Shown here: positions 15,742-26,886 of the stretch, piece by piece
Position numbering within the stretch: position 1 is the stretch's first letter
Layout of the letters: each line of letters starts with the position of its first letter
DNA from: Octopus vulgaris
Lineage: Eukaryota
Reading direction: 5' to 3'
Assembly: GCA_951406725.2 (NCBI GenBank)
Contig: OX597825.1
Coordinates: 32,240,001 to 32,304,000, forward strand
DNA: 64,000 nucleotides
Translations under genes and position numbers: made by a program
Notes under the pieces: generated by a model
What the model saw: only the letters and a program-made list of their open reading frames with translations
What the model was told of the DNA's origin: nothing
Databases searched by the model: none

Positions 15742-16141
15742 TATTTCTTTATTGCCCACATGGGGCAAACAAGGACAGACAAAGGGATTAAGTTGATTAT
15801 TATCGACCCCAGTGCATAACCGGTACTTATTTAATCGACCCCGAAAGGGTGAAAGGCAAAGTCAACCTCGGCGGAACTTGAACTCAAAACATAAAGACAG
15901 ACGAAATACCTATTTCTTTACTACCCACAAGGGGCTAAACATAGAGGGGACAAACAAGGACAGACAAACGGATTAAATCGATTACATCGACCCCAGTGTG
16001 TAACTGGTACTTAATTTATTGACCCCGAAAGGATGAAAGGCAAAGTTGACCTTGGCGGAATTTGAACTCAGAACGTAACGGCAGACAAAATACCGCTAGG
16101 CATTTCGCTGGGCGTGCTAACGTTTCTGCCAGCTCACCGCT
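15742..16141 (-). mobile_element. Dimeric family C SINE
   Basis: Full unit plus a headless second unit joined at gacgaaatac|ctatttctttact. Degenerate TSD tatccaaatctgtct / tatctagatctttct. Confidence 0.8.
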
Positions 16142-16409
16142 TTATCTAGATCTTTCTAAAACCATCCTACCCTATATTATTGTCATGGAAATAATGAATA
16201 TAAAACACAGTTGTTCAACTATGAAGTTTCAATACACCCATGCACATGCACATGTGCACCCCCTCCCCTTACACAGCTGCTGTCTCTTTATTAGATATGT
16301 CTGTTTTATGACAATATGTACAATGTTTTTTTTTATGACATCACACTATTTCTGTGATGAAAAATTGAATTTATAAACTCTGTATAAGAAAGAATTCAGA
16401 TATTCTTAC

Positions 16410-16459
16410 CTGCGCACAAAATCATAAATATTAGTTCCTGGTAGAAAGGAATTTAGGCT
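16410..16459 (-). CDS. Candidate host-gene 50-nt exon (SLNSFLPGTNIYDFVR)
   Basis: Branch-like ttctaat, acceptor ttaccacag|, near-consensus donor CAG|GTAAGA. Only one frame is open (phase 0 in, phase 2 out) and it matches the neighbouring candidate exons. Confidence 0.55.
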
Positions 16460-16486
16460 CTGTGGTAAATGGTGCAAAATTAGAAT

Positions 16487-16689
16487 TATAAAGATGCTTC
16501 TTATTGCAGTGATTAGCCACAAATCAACCAGCTGGATTGCTGCTTTCACAAAATAAGGAATGAGACATTAAACTTTCATTTTTATTAAGCAACCAGATGA
16601 GAAAAACTGCATTTGCAGCCTGCTGAGGTCTTTCCAGATAGAAGAACAGAAATAACTGAGTCTGATTCTTTAACAATTAAGTTTGTATT
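16487..16689 (+). promoter_or_regulatory. Candidate ASB core promoter and non-coding exon 1
   Basis: TATAAAG at 16487-16493, a CA dinucleotide about 30 nt downstream (~16519) and donor TT|GTAAGT at 16690, giving an intron 16690-17206. No in-frame ATG in this segment. Motif inference only. Confidence 0.45.
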
Positions 16690-17225
16690 GTAAGTTTGTG
16701 TTCCAAATAGGTTTTCAAAGTGTATTACAATTCTATGGATAAAGGATTTGAATTGTATCTAGTCCTGTGGTATTTAGTACTATGATAGGAGAAAACAAGC
16801 TGGATATGACAAGGCTCTTTTTATGGTTTAGTGAAAAATAGGTAGAGCAGAACCTGTGACTTTTTTGAAAGAAAGGGAGGAAGATCTCAATATTCTCAGA
16901 CTTGGTTCAAATTCTAGTAACTGAGTGGATTCTGTTAAAACCATCCAAAGTGTACCAGGTGGTGGTGGTGTTAAAGTAGAGATGGTTTTTGATCAATAAA
17001 TTTAGAAGAATCTGGAATATTTTAGCAGAGACAGAAAAGACAGAGGTTCTATTTAGAATAAAAAAAGGTTAAAAGTAATCTGACCTTGGTTAGAAGGGCT
17101 CAAATTCCAACTAGTTTTGTAATTAGTATTATTTTGTGTATATAAGAAACAATTTGTTTTGGTATGTTATGTTAATCTTAATATATATTTGTTGTTCTTT
17201 CCACAGTAAATGGTGCGTAATTCCA

Positions 17226-18074
17226 ATGGCATTCACTGTGAACTTTGACCGGGATGGTCAAATGTCTCAGGCAATATCCAGTAATGATCTACACACTGTA
17301 CAGCAACTGATCAGCAGTGGAATGAGTGTCAATTCAGTCGTCCACAACCCAGACAAGCAAGAGAACACTACGATTCTAGCAGGAGCTTGTTATGCTGGTA
17401 ATCTGGATATCGTTGATTATCTTCTGAAGGCTGGTGCTTATATCAACCACAAGGATCCCTGTTATGGCCGCACACCGCTCCATTGGGCATGTATTGGTCG
17501 TCAGGAAAATGTTACCTTATATCTGATAAAAAACAAAGCTGATGTGAATTGTGTTGACCGGGACAATGTTACACCAATTATAACTGCTTCAATGGTTGGA
17601 TGCCAGAATATTATTACTAGTTTGCTCAATAATGGAGCAAATCCTTGCGCAGTGGACAGGTTGCGAGCTTCAGCTATTCATTATGCAACTTTCTATGGAC
17701 ATTCAGAAGTTATTTCTACTCTCATAAAGAGTGGTTGTAATTCTAATAACCATGTTATTTTTGGACAAGGAACACCATTAGCTAATTTGGTACATATTAA
17801 AGACCAAGAAAACTGCAAACTTCTCCTGGAAAGTGGTTACAATTTAGATAATGAGGAATGGCTCTCGGATTTTCAGAGACATCAATCTATGTCAAACAGT
17901 ATTGGTTCAAATTCTACCATTAAAACCATTCTTACTTGGTTGCAAACACCACGATCTCTAGAATCTTATTGTCGTATTGTTATACGGAAATGTATGCAAG
18001 GGGTTTATTTACAGAATAGAGTAAGCAACTTACCAGTTCCATTAACCATAAAAAACTATCTGTTATTCCTTTAA
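17226..18074 (+). CDS. Ankyrin repeat and SOCS box protein (ASB family), about 282 aa, single coding exon
   Basis: Intact ORF with about six ankyrin repeats (TILAGACYAGNLDIVDYLLKAGA, GRTPLHWACIGRQ, VTPIITASMVG, SAIHYATFYGHSEVISTLIKSG) and a C-terminal SOCS box (BC box PRSLESYCRIVIRK, Cul5 box LPVPLTIKNYL). A strong acceptor tttgttgttctttccacag ends at 17206, so the track's first ~24 aa from 17136 are intronic. The first in-frame ATG in the exon is 17226. Confidence 0.93.
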   Translation: MAFTVNFDRDGQMSQAISSNDLHTVQQLISSGMSVNSVVHNPDKQENTTILAGACYAGNLDIVDYLLKAGAYINHKDPCYGRTPLHWACIGRQENVTLYLIKNKADVNCVDRDNVTPIITASMVGCQNIITSLLNNGANPCAVDRLRASAIHYATFYGHSEVISTLIKSGCNSNNHVIFGQGTPLANLVHIKDQENCKLLLESGYNLDNEEWLSDFQRHQSMSNSIGSNSTIKTILTWLQTPRSLESYCRIVIRKCMQGVYLQNRVSNLPVPLTIKNYLLFL

Positions 18075-18693
18075 ACAGTGACTTCAAAACTATTTTCTGT
18101 ATGCTTTTTAGCTTTTTATTTTATAAATGCAAGCGTGGACTTTTGGTGCCAGCAAAAATGTCTTTTTGTTGTCATAACAATCCAAACATCGAGAGAAGAA
18201 TCAGATTTGATAACAGGTTATTTTTTAATGTTTTATGGCTACAAGATATGATGTGGATCATTGTGAGTTGGTGCTTAGCTCTGATTGCATGGTGTGGAAT
18301 AAATTAGAATTAAAATGTAGAATGCCAAGTAATATTTTCAGATGCTTTGGTACCTATCCCCAAATGTTAGAGAAGTCAGATGATGAGAAATGATGTCTTT
18401 TACCTTAAAAACACAATGAAATATTTTGAAATGGATTTAGACTTGTGAATCATTCGAATATTTTGTACTCAACACCCCATTATCAAATATATGAATTAGA
18501 CAGAGATTAGAATTAAGATACAATAAAACTATCAAAGTATGATAAAATATATTTAATTATTTAGCAAATGCAATGGTAGCTTGTGTCTTTAATGTGTCCG
18601 TATATATATATATATATATATATAAAATTGTTTTTCAGAATGAGATAAAAAAACCAAGGCTGTGATGATTTTAGAACAATTATAAATAGAAAG

Positions 18694-18740
18694 TCTTACA
18701 GCTGTTTCCAGGATATTTATTATATCCCTTCATCGGAGAT
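18694..18740 (-). ncRNA. Minimal type I hammerhead ribozyme-like motif in a Penelope-type repeat
   Basis: Minus strand: tct-CCGATGA-a-gggatataataaatatcctg-GAAA-C-AGCT-GTA-aga, with a palindromic stem III loop as in Penelope minimal hammerheads. Core has U4C. Confidence 0.6.
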
Positions 18741-18926
18741 GGTGTGAGAAAATAGTTAAGCAATAGTTAATTTAGATAAGATACGAAATAGAGAGTGAAG
18801 TGGAGGAATGAAAGTAGATGTGAGATATGCAGGGATATTGCATTTGTAGATCCATTATTTAGGCAGAATGGTATCCATATAATATTCCAATACTTTACTC
18901 ACAAGGTGTGTGTATATATGTAGTGC

Positions 18927-19164
18927 TATATTATTATTAATAATACAATTGAATATTCTGACAACCAATTTATCAATTAGTTCCATACCAGGAGTTAAGA
19001 AAAATCCTAGTAATCATCAGAAAAAGCTGACCCCATGCATTACCATACCATCCAACCGTTTTCTGATGATTGCTGGTATTTTTCTCAAATCTTAGTATGA
19101 AACCAATTGGCAAAATGGCTGATATGAGGATATAGTATCGTGTTTTATTAATAATGATAATATA
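18927..19164. repeat. Imperfect ~100-bp inverted repeat of a hammerhead-bearing unit
   Basis: 18927-19024 is the reverse complement of 19059-19164. The + arm has CTGATGA(19063)...GAAAC-CAATTG-GCA. Confidence 0.8.
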
Positions 19165-19365
19165 CCCATTTAATTAAGCAATATACAAGTGCCTGTTTTT
19201 GTGGACTTGTGTGTTTTTAGACAGTGTATTAGCTATAGATATGTAACATCTAGTTACTTAACTCTGTGTGTGTGTGTGTGTGTGTGTGAACATGATTGAA
19301 TGTATTGTTGTTTTATATACAACAGTAGTATGCCAACATGGTTATACAGCCCACGGGCTGAAACT

Positions 19366-19401
19366 AATAAAATAATAATAAAAAGCATTACCTTTAATAA
19401 A
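19366..19401 (+). terminator. Candidate ASB polyadenylation signal cluster
   Basis: Clustered AATAAA hexamers followed by TG/T-rich sequence (tgtgtttat, tgtgtttt). Earlier AATAAA at 18298 and 18522 are alternatives. Confidence 0.45.
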
Positions 19402-19595
19402 TGTGTTTATTTATAAAATGTGTTTTAACACGTAAATGCATTCAAGCTTATAAGTAATAGTTAATATGTTTACAGAGTCATGTTTTTGTTTTGTTTTGTT
19501 TTTTAAACCAACTGCTTGGAAAAAAAAAATTCCCCATCTTATGCTGTTTTGCAATGGCCTATGTATGTAACAGTTTAAACAAATACCATCTTTAC

Positions 19596-19767
19596 CATGG
19601 AGTGATATTGAATACAAAGTCTTTCATATACACAACATTTGTATTGGTTGTATGATAATTGGCTGTTAAACAATGGAATAATGGAATGAAGTTTGGACAT
19701 AATCTATTGTAGACATCAGATTTATAGATTTATATTATTTATATTATATAATTCTTAACACAACTGA
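19596..19767 (-). CDS. Candidate host-gene exon 2 (ATG at 19700: [35 protein letters not shown])
   Basis: Acceptor atttattttccag| before 19767. Donors ATG|GTAAAG (19596) or ATG|GTATTT (19587), both phase 0 relative to the ATG at 19700. May be 5' UTR instead. Confidence 0.45.
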
Positions 19768-19789
19768 CTGGAAAATAAATATATGTATT

Positions 19790-19821
<32 letters not shown>

Positions 19822-19952
19822 TGTATGTATGTATGTATGTATGTATGTATGTATGTATGTATGTATGTATGTATGTATGTATGTATACATATGTATTTAT
19901 ATATGTATGTAAATATGTGTGTGTATGTATATGTATGTATGTAATATGTATA

Positions 19953-20002
<50 letters not shown>

Positions 20003-20029
20003 ATATGCATGTGTGTGTGTGTGTGTGTA

Positions 20030-20882
20030 CAGAGTGCTCTGGCTAAATTTGACAGCACGAAAGAAAACACAAGATTCCATCCAAAAATAAAAGTATTTAA
20101 AAAAATCAAAAACTACTAAGTAGGTTATGGCTGGAGGTAACGGTTTACTCAAAGTAGCTGCCGTCAGCTTCCACCACAGCCTCAAGACAGCTTTGGAACT
20201 TGGTGTGTGCGTTCCTCACTGTGTCCCTGTGAAGATCTTCAAACACCTCCTTGACCTTGTCCACCCGCTCAGCCTTGGAGTTGCAGGCAGGGCAGTTAGT
20301 TCCTTTGTTAATTGTGCCATACACATAGTAAGCTATGAGATTACGATTGGGGGAATTAGACGGCCAGAAATTAGGGTTGCTGAAATCGTAAAAATTCACC
20401 GACAACCACTACTGACTACAGAGGTGTGCTAAGGAGCCAAATCTCGTTACACAAATGAACCTCTAGCCAGCAACCCTGGATTGGCCACAGTCTCCAGTAG
20501 CTTCACATAACCGTCTGAATTGAGCCTAAAGACCTGTTCATCAGGTGTTGGGTGAATTCCAGTGTGCAGACGCAGTTGGAACGCCTGCTGTGTCCTTTGC
20601 TGATGGACACGGTTTCATAGTCTTTGTTGCAACTGTCCATAACATGTCTTACATCCTTTTGCAGTGTTCACAGAGCTTTGAGCAGCAGTCATGATATTGG
20701 CATTTTGACACGAATCATCATGATACAAGTAACTCTTTTCCAATATTCAGATGGCTTCCAGTCCTCCATGTCAGCTAACTTTTTCTCGACTAGAACTTTA
20801 ATCTTTATGCTTTCTCACACCCTCGGCTCTTCTCTCATAAAAAAAGGTAACAAAAATTGTCAAATCTACCCCGAACACCCTG
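20030..20882 (-). mobile_element. Internally deleted Tc1/mariner element, probably maT (DD37D) type
   Basis: TA-flanked imperfect TIRs (cagagtgctctggctaaatttgaca / tgtcaaatctaccccgaacaccctg). Remnant ORF NFWPSNSPNRNLIAYYVYG...LEAVVEADGSYFE resembles WPPxSPDLNPLDY and the transposase C-terminus. Confidence 0.8.
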
Positions 20883-20886
20883 TATA

Positions 20887-20922
<36 letters not shown>

Positions 20923-21096
20923 TGTATGTATGTATGTATGTATGTATGTATGTATGTATGTATGTATGTATGTATAACAAACAGGAAAATGGATAATCGA
21001 TAATGATATCATTATCGATAGATTGTGTTTTTTTTCTAGCTTACTCGATACCCACCGAGAAGCAGACTTGATTTATTATTCAGTATTAGAATGAAA

Positions 21097-21402
21097 GTGG
21101 AGGCGCAATGGCCCAGTGGTTAGGGCAGCGGACTCGCGGTTTCGATTTCCAGACCGGGCGTTGTGTGTGTTTATTGGGCGAAAACACCTAAAAAGCTCCA
21201 CGAGGCTCCGGCAGGGGGTGGGGGTGGTGACCCCTGTTGTACTCTTTCGCCCCAACTTTCTCTCACTCTCTCTTCCTGTTTCTTGAGTAACGCTGCGATG
21301 GACTGGCGTCCCGTCCAGCTGGGGGGAACACATACGCCACAGAAACCGGGAAACCGGGTCCATGAGCCTGGCTAGGCTTGAAAAGGGCGCATAAGTAAAT
21401 AA
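21097..21402 (+). mobile_element. Family A SINE with CpGs intact
   Basis: A and B boxes, TSD attagaat(g/c)aaag. Confidence 0.85.
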
Positions 21403-21466
21403 ATTAGAATCAAAGGTTTTTAATGCATGAATGAAACTCTTTCCAAGTGATGCCACCAATTTTTAC

Positions 21467-21740
21467 CTTTTCTTTTTAGGAAATATCTGATTCCAATACG
21501 TTTAGCATTTCCCGTAAAAATAAAATCCCTGGACTAACATTTGAGGAAGCTGCATTATTTTTTTGTGGATCAGTATTTCGTCACTTATTATTGTATGTAA
21601 CTGTTTCTCGAGTGCATTCTATTCATGATGTAAAGATGAAAATAATTGATAAACGCTCTCAAGAAAAACGAGGTGACAAGTGTATAATAAAACAGATAGT
21701 TTTTAAAGATGTTCTCTCCTAAAACTACTTTCCGGAATTG
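21467..21740 (-). other. Candidate non-coding first exon and promoter of an unidentified minus-strand host gene
   Basis: Minus-strand donor AAG|GTAAAA at 21467/21466. Unique sequence with CpGs retained, at the CpG-depletion boundary. ETS-like CCGGAA near 21730. No ATG-initiated frame reaches the donor. The 5' end is a guess. Confidence 0.35.
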
Positions 21741-24700
21741 ACACTATTCTAACAATAAAATGTTACAAAAAACATACTTTCCAAAAAAATTGTGCATTTC
21801 ATGATTCTCTATAAACTTCCACAATCTCGTAGTTTTCAAAATTATTGTAGAATTTCTGTGGATATTTCTTATACATATTAAGATAAGTATATTTGTGTAC
21901 ACACAAACACACGTATGCATATCTGGCACATACGTTTCGACATCGTTCTATACTGGTGTTGATTCTTTCTCTAAGCCCTTCAGTCTATTTCTGTTTCATT
22001 TTTCCTTCTGAAAGAAATGACTGTGCTCTGACTTGGAGAGAAAGGCTGTATGTCACAGTGGCGTATCTATGACTTACTTCATGACTCTGTTTAATCCAAC
22101 CATCTGGATCTTGTTTACTTTTAGTCGAGTCTACTCTGTTACAGGCACTTGGGCCATGTCTTCATTCTGTAGATAACTTTGGTCATTCCACTCACCAGTT
22201 TCGAAGGCCCTAAGAAGATTTATGTGGGCTGTGCTCTTTCCTCTAATTAAGCGTTAATAAAATAGTGATTTAGCCAGAGTTGGCGATCGAAATCGACTCA
22301 TGGAATTAATTTTATGTAGACTTTACTTCAGTGCTTTTGTTGCTGGACTTTTACAGATAACAGCAGGAATTAATGTAGTATCGAGTATATGGAGAATAAA
22401 TAGTGTAGATTTTAAACATATTCACTCTGCTTTGATTGATATCACGTCGATTGAACTGGAAAAGTAAAGAAGAAAAAGAAAAGGTATTAATAAAATTATT
22501 TTTGTGTTTCCGAAGTAGAAAGCTCTCCTGGAATTAAGTGCGAACAATTATTCGGCATCTCAATATGATAAAGATATTTGTCTTTGAAATCAGATTTATC
22601 TCCAGAGCTAGTTTATGAGAATTATTAAATGTTGCATTTGTTGCATTAGAATCTCTGTTGCATCTCAGTAGCGTGCGGTCTATTCTATTCATTCGGTGCC
22701 GCATGATTCCTCCAATTTCCTGATATACTTGAGAAGTAAATGGACAATTGTCCGCTAGCAATTCTCAGTCACAATTGAAACCTATTACATGGCTGGACTG
22801 GCTTTCTTCGAATTGTGGGTCATTGATTTATGACATCACAGATACTCTATATTGATATTTGATTCCTGTTTTCTTCTATAAGAAATAACGTCTATGAATG
22901 AAATAATGTTTCTATTTGAAAATGCTATTTAGTTTTAAGACTACTTTTTCTAAACGTTCCTTTTCAGTGCGGCTTGCATCTTTGAATGGAATTTATTGAA
23001 TATTCTTTGTTGAACGATTTATTATCGCCCTGATTGACGTAATAATCAAACGGCGCTGCACCTTTTATTCATTCAATAAGCAAACTGCTGCGTTTAAGCT
23101 TGTTCTGTTCCTCTCTGTAAGCTGAAGAATAATTGATGATTTTAGCGGATAATTCAGTCAGTAAAATCACAAGGGGTTTCGCATGGTTATTTTAGCGAAA
23201 AGTTAAAACGTATTCCTTCGACGTATTCCATACAGAAAAAAAAATTGTCAAAGAAAAATTTCCGTGGATCCCATCTCTAAGAAGAGTGAATTGTACAAAC
23301 TGTTTATTGCGAGTTCTGAGGGTTGAAACATAGTAGGGGTGACGAAGGATGGAGAGACGGGTATATAGTGTGAAATTGGATGGAAAAATATGGCAGGTGG
23401 TTAGTTGAGGCGGGGAAAGCCGGTTGTAGTAGAGTTGCAATTGGCAGAGAGAAGAAAAAGTGTGTCGGTGAGTTAGAGGCAGAATGTCTTTGTTTCAGGT
23501 TTGGTCTCTTGGTTGTTTGTACCTGTAACTGCAGTACAGTTTCAGATTTGGTCATTGTAAAAGGTCAATAATTAATAGGGACTAAGGTATTTTCTGGCTC
23601 TATGGACGCAGTATGGTCGAATAGTTAAGAAGTTCGCCTCTCAATCACGAAGTTACTTGTTCGATCTTACCGCGTAGCTTCTTGAGGAGCATATCTGTAG
23701 CCTTGGGTTTAACTGAAGAATTGTGAGTGAAACTCTGTGGATGCCTGTCGAATATATTGTATTAGTTTCATTACACTGTGCCGTTCTGATTCTGCTTGAG
23801 AATTAATAGTACATAGGTCTGTGGTAGGGTCAACCACTGAACGCGTTAGTTCAATGAACAGGTAGTTCAGTCGATCGAACAACCGATTGCTCATCATTGT
23901 AATTGACTGATCGACCTTCATTTGTTTTCTGGCTTCTGAAAGAATTCGGTTCTGAATGATGCAGTTTTAGCAATGCTATATTTACAAAATTGTCATAAGA
24001 GATTGATATAAATTGTAAGGCTTAGAATTTGTAGCGATTTTAAGAGTTTTAGTTGGATAGTGTCCATAGAGGCTGCAGTGTGATACGGTTTCTTTGATTT
24101 ATATACTTATTGTGCCTTCGGAATATTAAAGGAGACAAGGTTGCCAAATTCACATTGAAGATATTTTTTTGAAGTATTTGTTCATGGAAACTGCAAAAGT
24201 CTAGCACTAAGCCTTTGGTTAAGGAAGGTAGAAGGGTGTTGTATGGAAGCTGCATCGACGGTGTATATTAGAAATCGCTGCAAGTAATGTATCGGAGAAA
24301 GAATAAAGGAGATATAACCAAGCTCCGGAGGTACACTGAAGAAACTACTAGACATTACAGGTGAGCAACTCAAGATAATGAATGAGAGGAAACCGTTTTT
24401 TTCATGTTTGAGATGTTGAAGTAAGAAGAACTGGTTGGTCAGTTACCTGAAACTTATAAGCGAGAGAGAGTCACGCCTTAAGGCGCTTCATTAGACCGAT
24501 GGAAGTTCTTCTAATAAGAAAACAATTTCAAGGGTTTCATTACAAACAATGCCCTCAGATAAAAGTTAATTTGGGGGCATAGTTTTTTTTACTGTTTATT
24601 CGGGAGAAAGAAGGGAAGTGTCCTTGATCTATTATTTTTCTAGGGCCTCCAAGACTGGTTGAGAAACGGGAGGAAATCCTCAAAGAATTGGGTTGAATTC

Positions 24701-26604
24701 TTGCAATAAAGTAAACTCAAGAACTAGCCAATGGTATTAAACAAAGCGACAGACTAAATCTGCTCTCTTCCTAATAACTGACAATTCAAAGAGCTGAACA
24801 AACAACGTAAAGCATCGCCATCCTCCGTTCTAACAATCTAACAATTTTATTGGCCTCGAAAGGATGAAAGGCAAAGTTGATTTCGGTGGATCTGAAAACA
24901 GAACGAAATGAGTCAGAACAAATATCGCCATACATTTTGCTTGATGCTCTGACGACTCTGCCAATTCATCACCTGCTTGAGCGGAATGGAAAAGACACCG
25001 TCGAGACCGGTCGGTTTGCAGGATTGATCAACAGTGGAGTTTTCGCACTTAGTTATTGTGTCGGGACTGGAATTGGTCGGATGAAACAAGACATATTCGA
25101 AGGAGTTCCAAACGCATATTGTGCAGAGTTAAGAAAAGTGAAGCGAGCAGTAATTGTTGAGGCTTTTTTAAAAGTAAAATTGATGTATGTAGAACTTTCT
25201 GGTTGTAGGCGCAGAAATCGCTGTGTGGTAAGAAGCTTGCTTCTCAACCACATGGTTCCGGGTTCAGTATCACTACACGGCACCTTGGGCAAGTGCCGTC
25301 TATCTCATAGCCACGGGACGACCAAAGCCTTGTGAGTGGATTTGGTAGACCGAAACTGAAAAAAGCCCGTCGTGTACATTATATATATATATATATATAT
25401 AAACGTTACTAATGTGGTTCACCAGGACAGTTTAAAAAACAAACTGTTTTAAATATTAAAAAAATATAGAAAAATCATTGCTTATATTGTTTTATTACAA
25501 GTAAGGGTTGAGTTCAAATTCCGCCGTGGTCGACTTTGTCTTTCATCCTTTCGGGGTTGATAAAATAAGTATGTACCGAGATCGGTGCAATCAAATTTCT
25601 TCTACCCTCAAAAACTGTTGGTCTTCTGCCAAAATTTGAAACCATTAATGGTGCGTGGCCAAGCTCTTAGGAGTCGTGGGTTCAATTCCTACAACAACAC
25701 AGCGCGTTGTGTCTTTGTTATAGGCAAATACAGTCAGCTGCCCCATGTACCGTGTTTTCGCTAATCGTTTTCAATGCCTGTGTAGTCACGAGCAGACAAA
25801 AGCATTCTCTTGAACCCCTTGCTCTGAACTCAATGAAACATTCAGAATACGAGGAAGGGAGAGGGAGGGATAGAGGAAGAGAGGAAGAGAAGAAGCTGCA
25901 ATCAGCCCTCGGCTGATATTCGTTAACAGTCGAGTAGACTAGAGCAACTTGATATAAAGTGTCTTGTTCAAAGGGAAAAAGGTTTTTCTCTTTGAGTAAG
26001 ACTAAAAACTTGCTTCCGTGTTGCTCCAGCTGTCACACCCTGGATGTTCTGCTGTGTTACTTGCAGTGGGGCTGAGAGGGTATGTATATCTACTTACGAC
26101 TACATAGGCCCCTTAAATAATTAGTGAAAGCATGGTACCTAAAATGATCGACTACACTTGCCTGTAACAAAATTCTGAATAAGATAAATGCTCAATGATT
26201 AGTATGAACATGGACATTACTGTCTCGAGTCACCAGACTCATGAAGCCAGTCAGCTGGTTTCTATTGCGTATAGGTGACCGAAATCATTGAAGGGTCACT
26301 CATTTACCGCTGGGTGGGCTGGAGCAACGGGAAACGAAGTGTTTTTGCTCCAGAACACAACACAACGCCCGCTCCGGGAATCGAAACATCGATCTTGCGC
26401 ACAACCACTTGGTCACGTGCCTTCACAAACGTTTATATGGATTTTCGAAAGCTTTCAGTTATATGCTTTAAAATTTAGCTTTGTACCTACACACACACAT
26501 GTATGTATGTATGTATGTATGTATGTATGTATGTATGTATGTATGTATGTATGTATGTATGTATGTATGTATGTATGTGTGTGTGTGTATATATATATGT
26601 GCAT

Positions 26605-26828
26605 TTTTCTCGCGTACGCGTAGTATCGATCGCAACAGCTGATGTACTTGCGCGTACAAATGTACGTTCCCACGGCTTTATCGATCGCATTCTCACCTGG
26701 AATCGATTTTTGTAATTTTTTCAAGACTTATACACGCCCTGATACCGTCGGTATCTACATATCAAATTTGAGCGCAATCGGATGGAGGATGCCCGAGATC
26801 CTAGAAGACACACAGACAGAACGGATTT

Positions 26829-26832
<4 letters not shown>
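26605..26832 (+). mobile_element. Possible non-autonomous Helitron-like repeat
   Basis: caaatttgagcgcaatcggatg...cacagacaga...ttttatat end structure, with a similar layout at 7031-7315. Assignment from recall. Confidence 0.35.

Positions 26833-26886
<54 letters not shown>

Noticed and set aside
17136-17225. Hydrophobic N-terminal extension of the ASB ORF that looks like a signal peptide
   Set aside because: Starts at a non-ATG codon and mostly translates the intron's pyrimidine tract before the acceptor at 17206.
21950-24600. Possible L1/Tx1-like or other LINE remnants right of the CpG boundary
   Set aside because: Only faint motif hints such as a PDG-like stretch near 22100, too decayed to call without a profile search.
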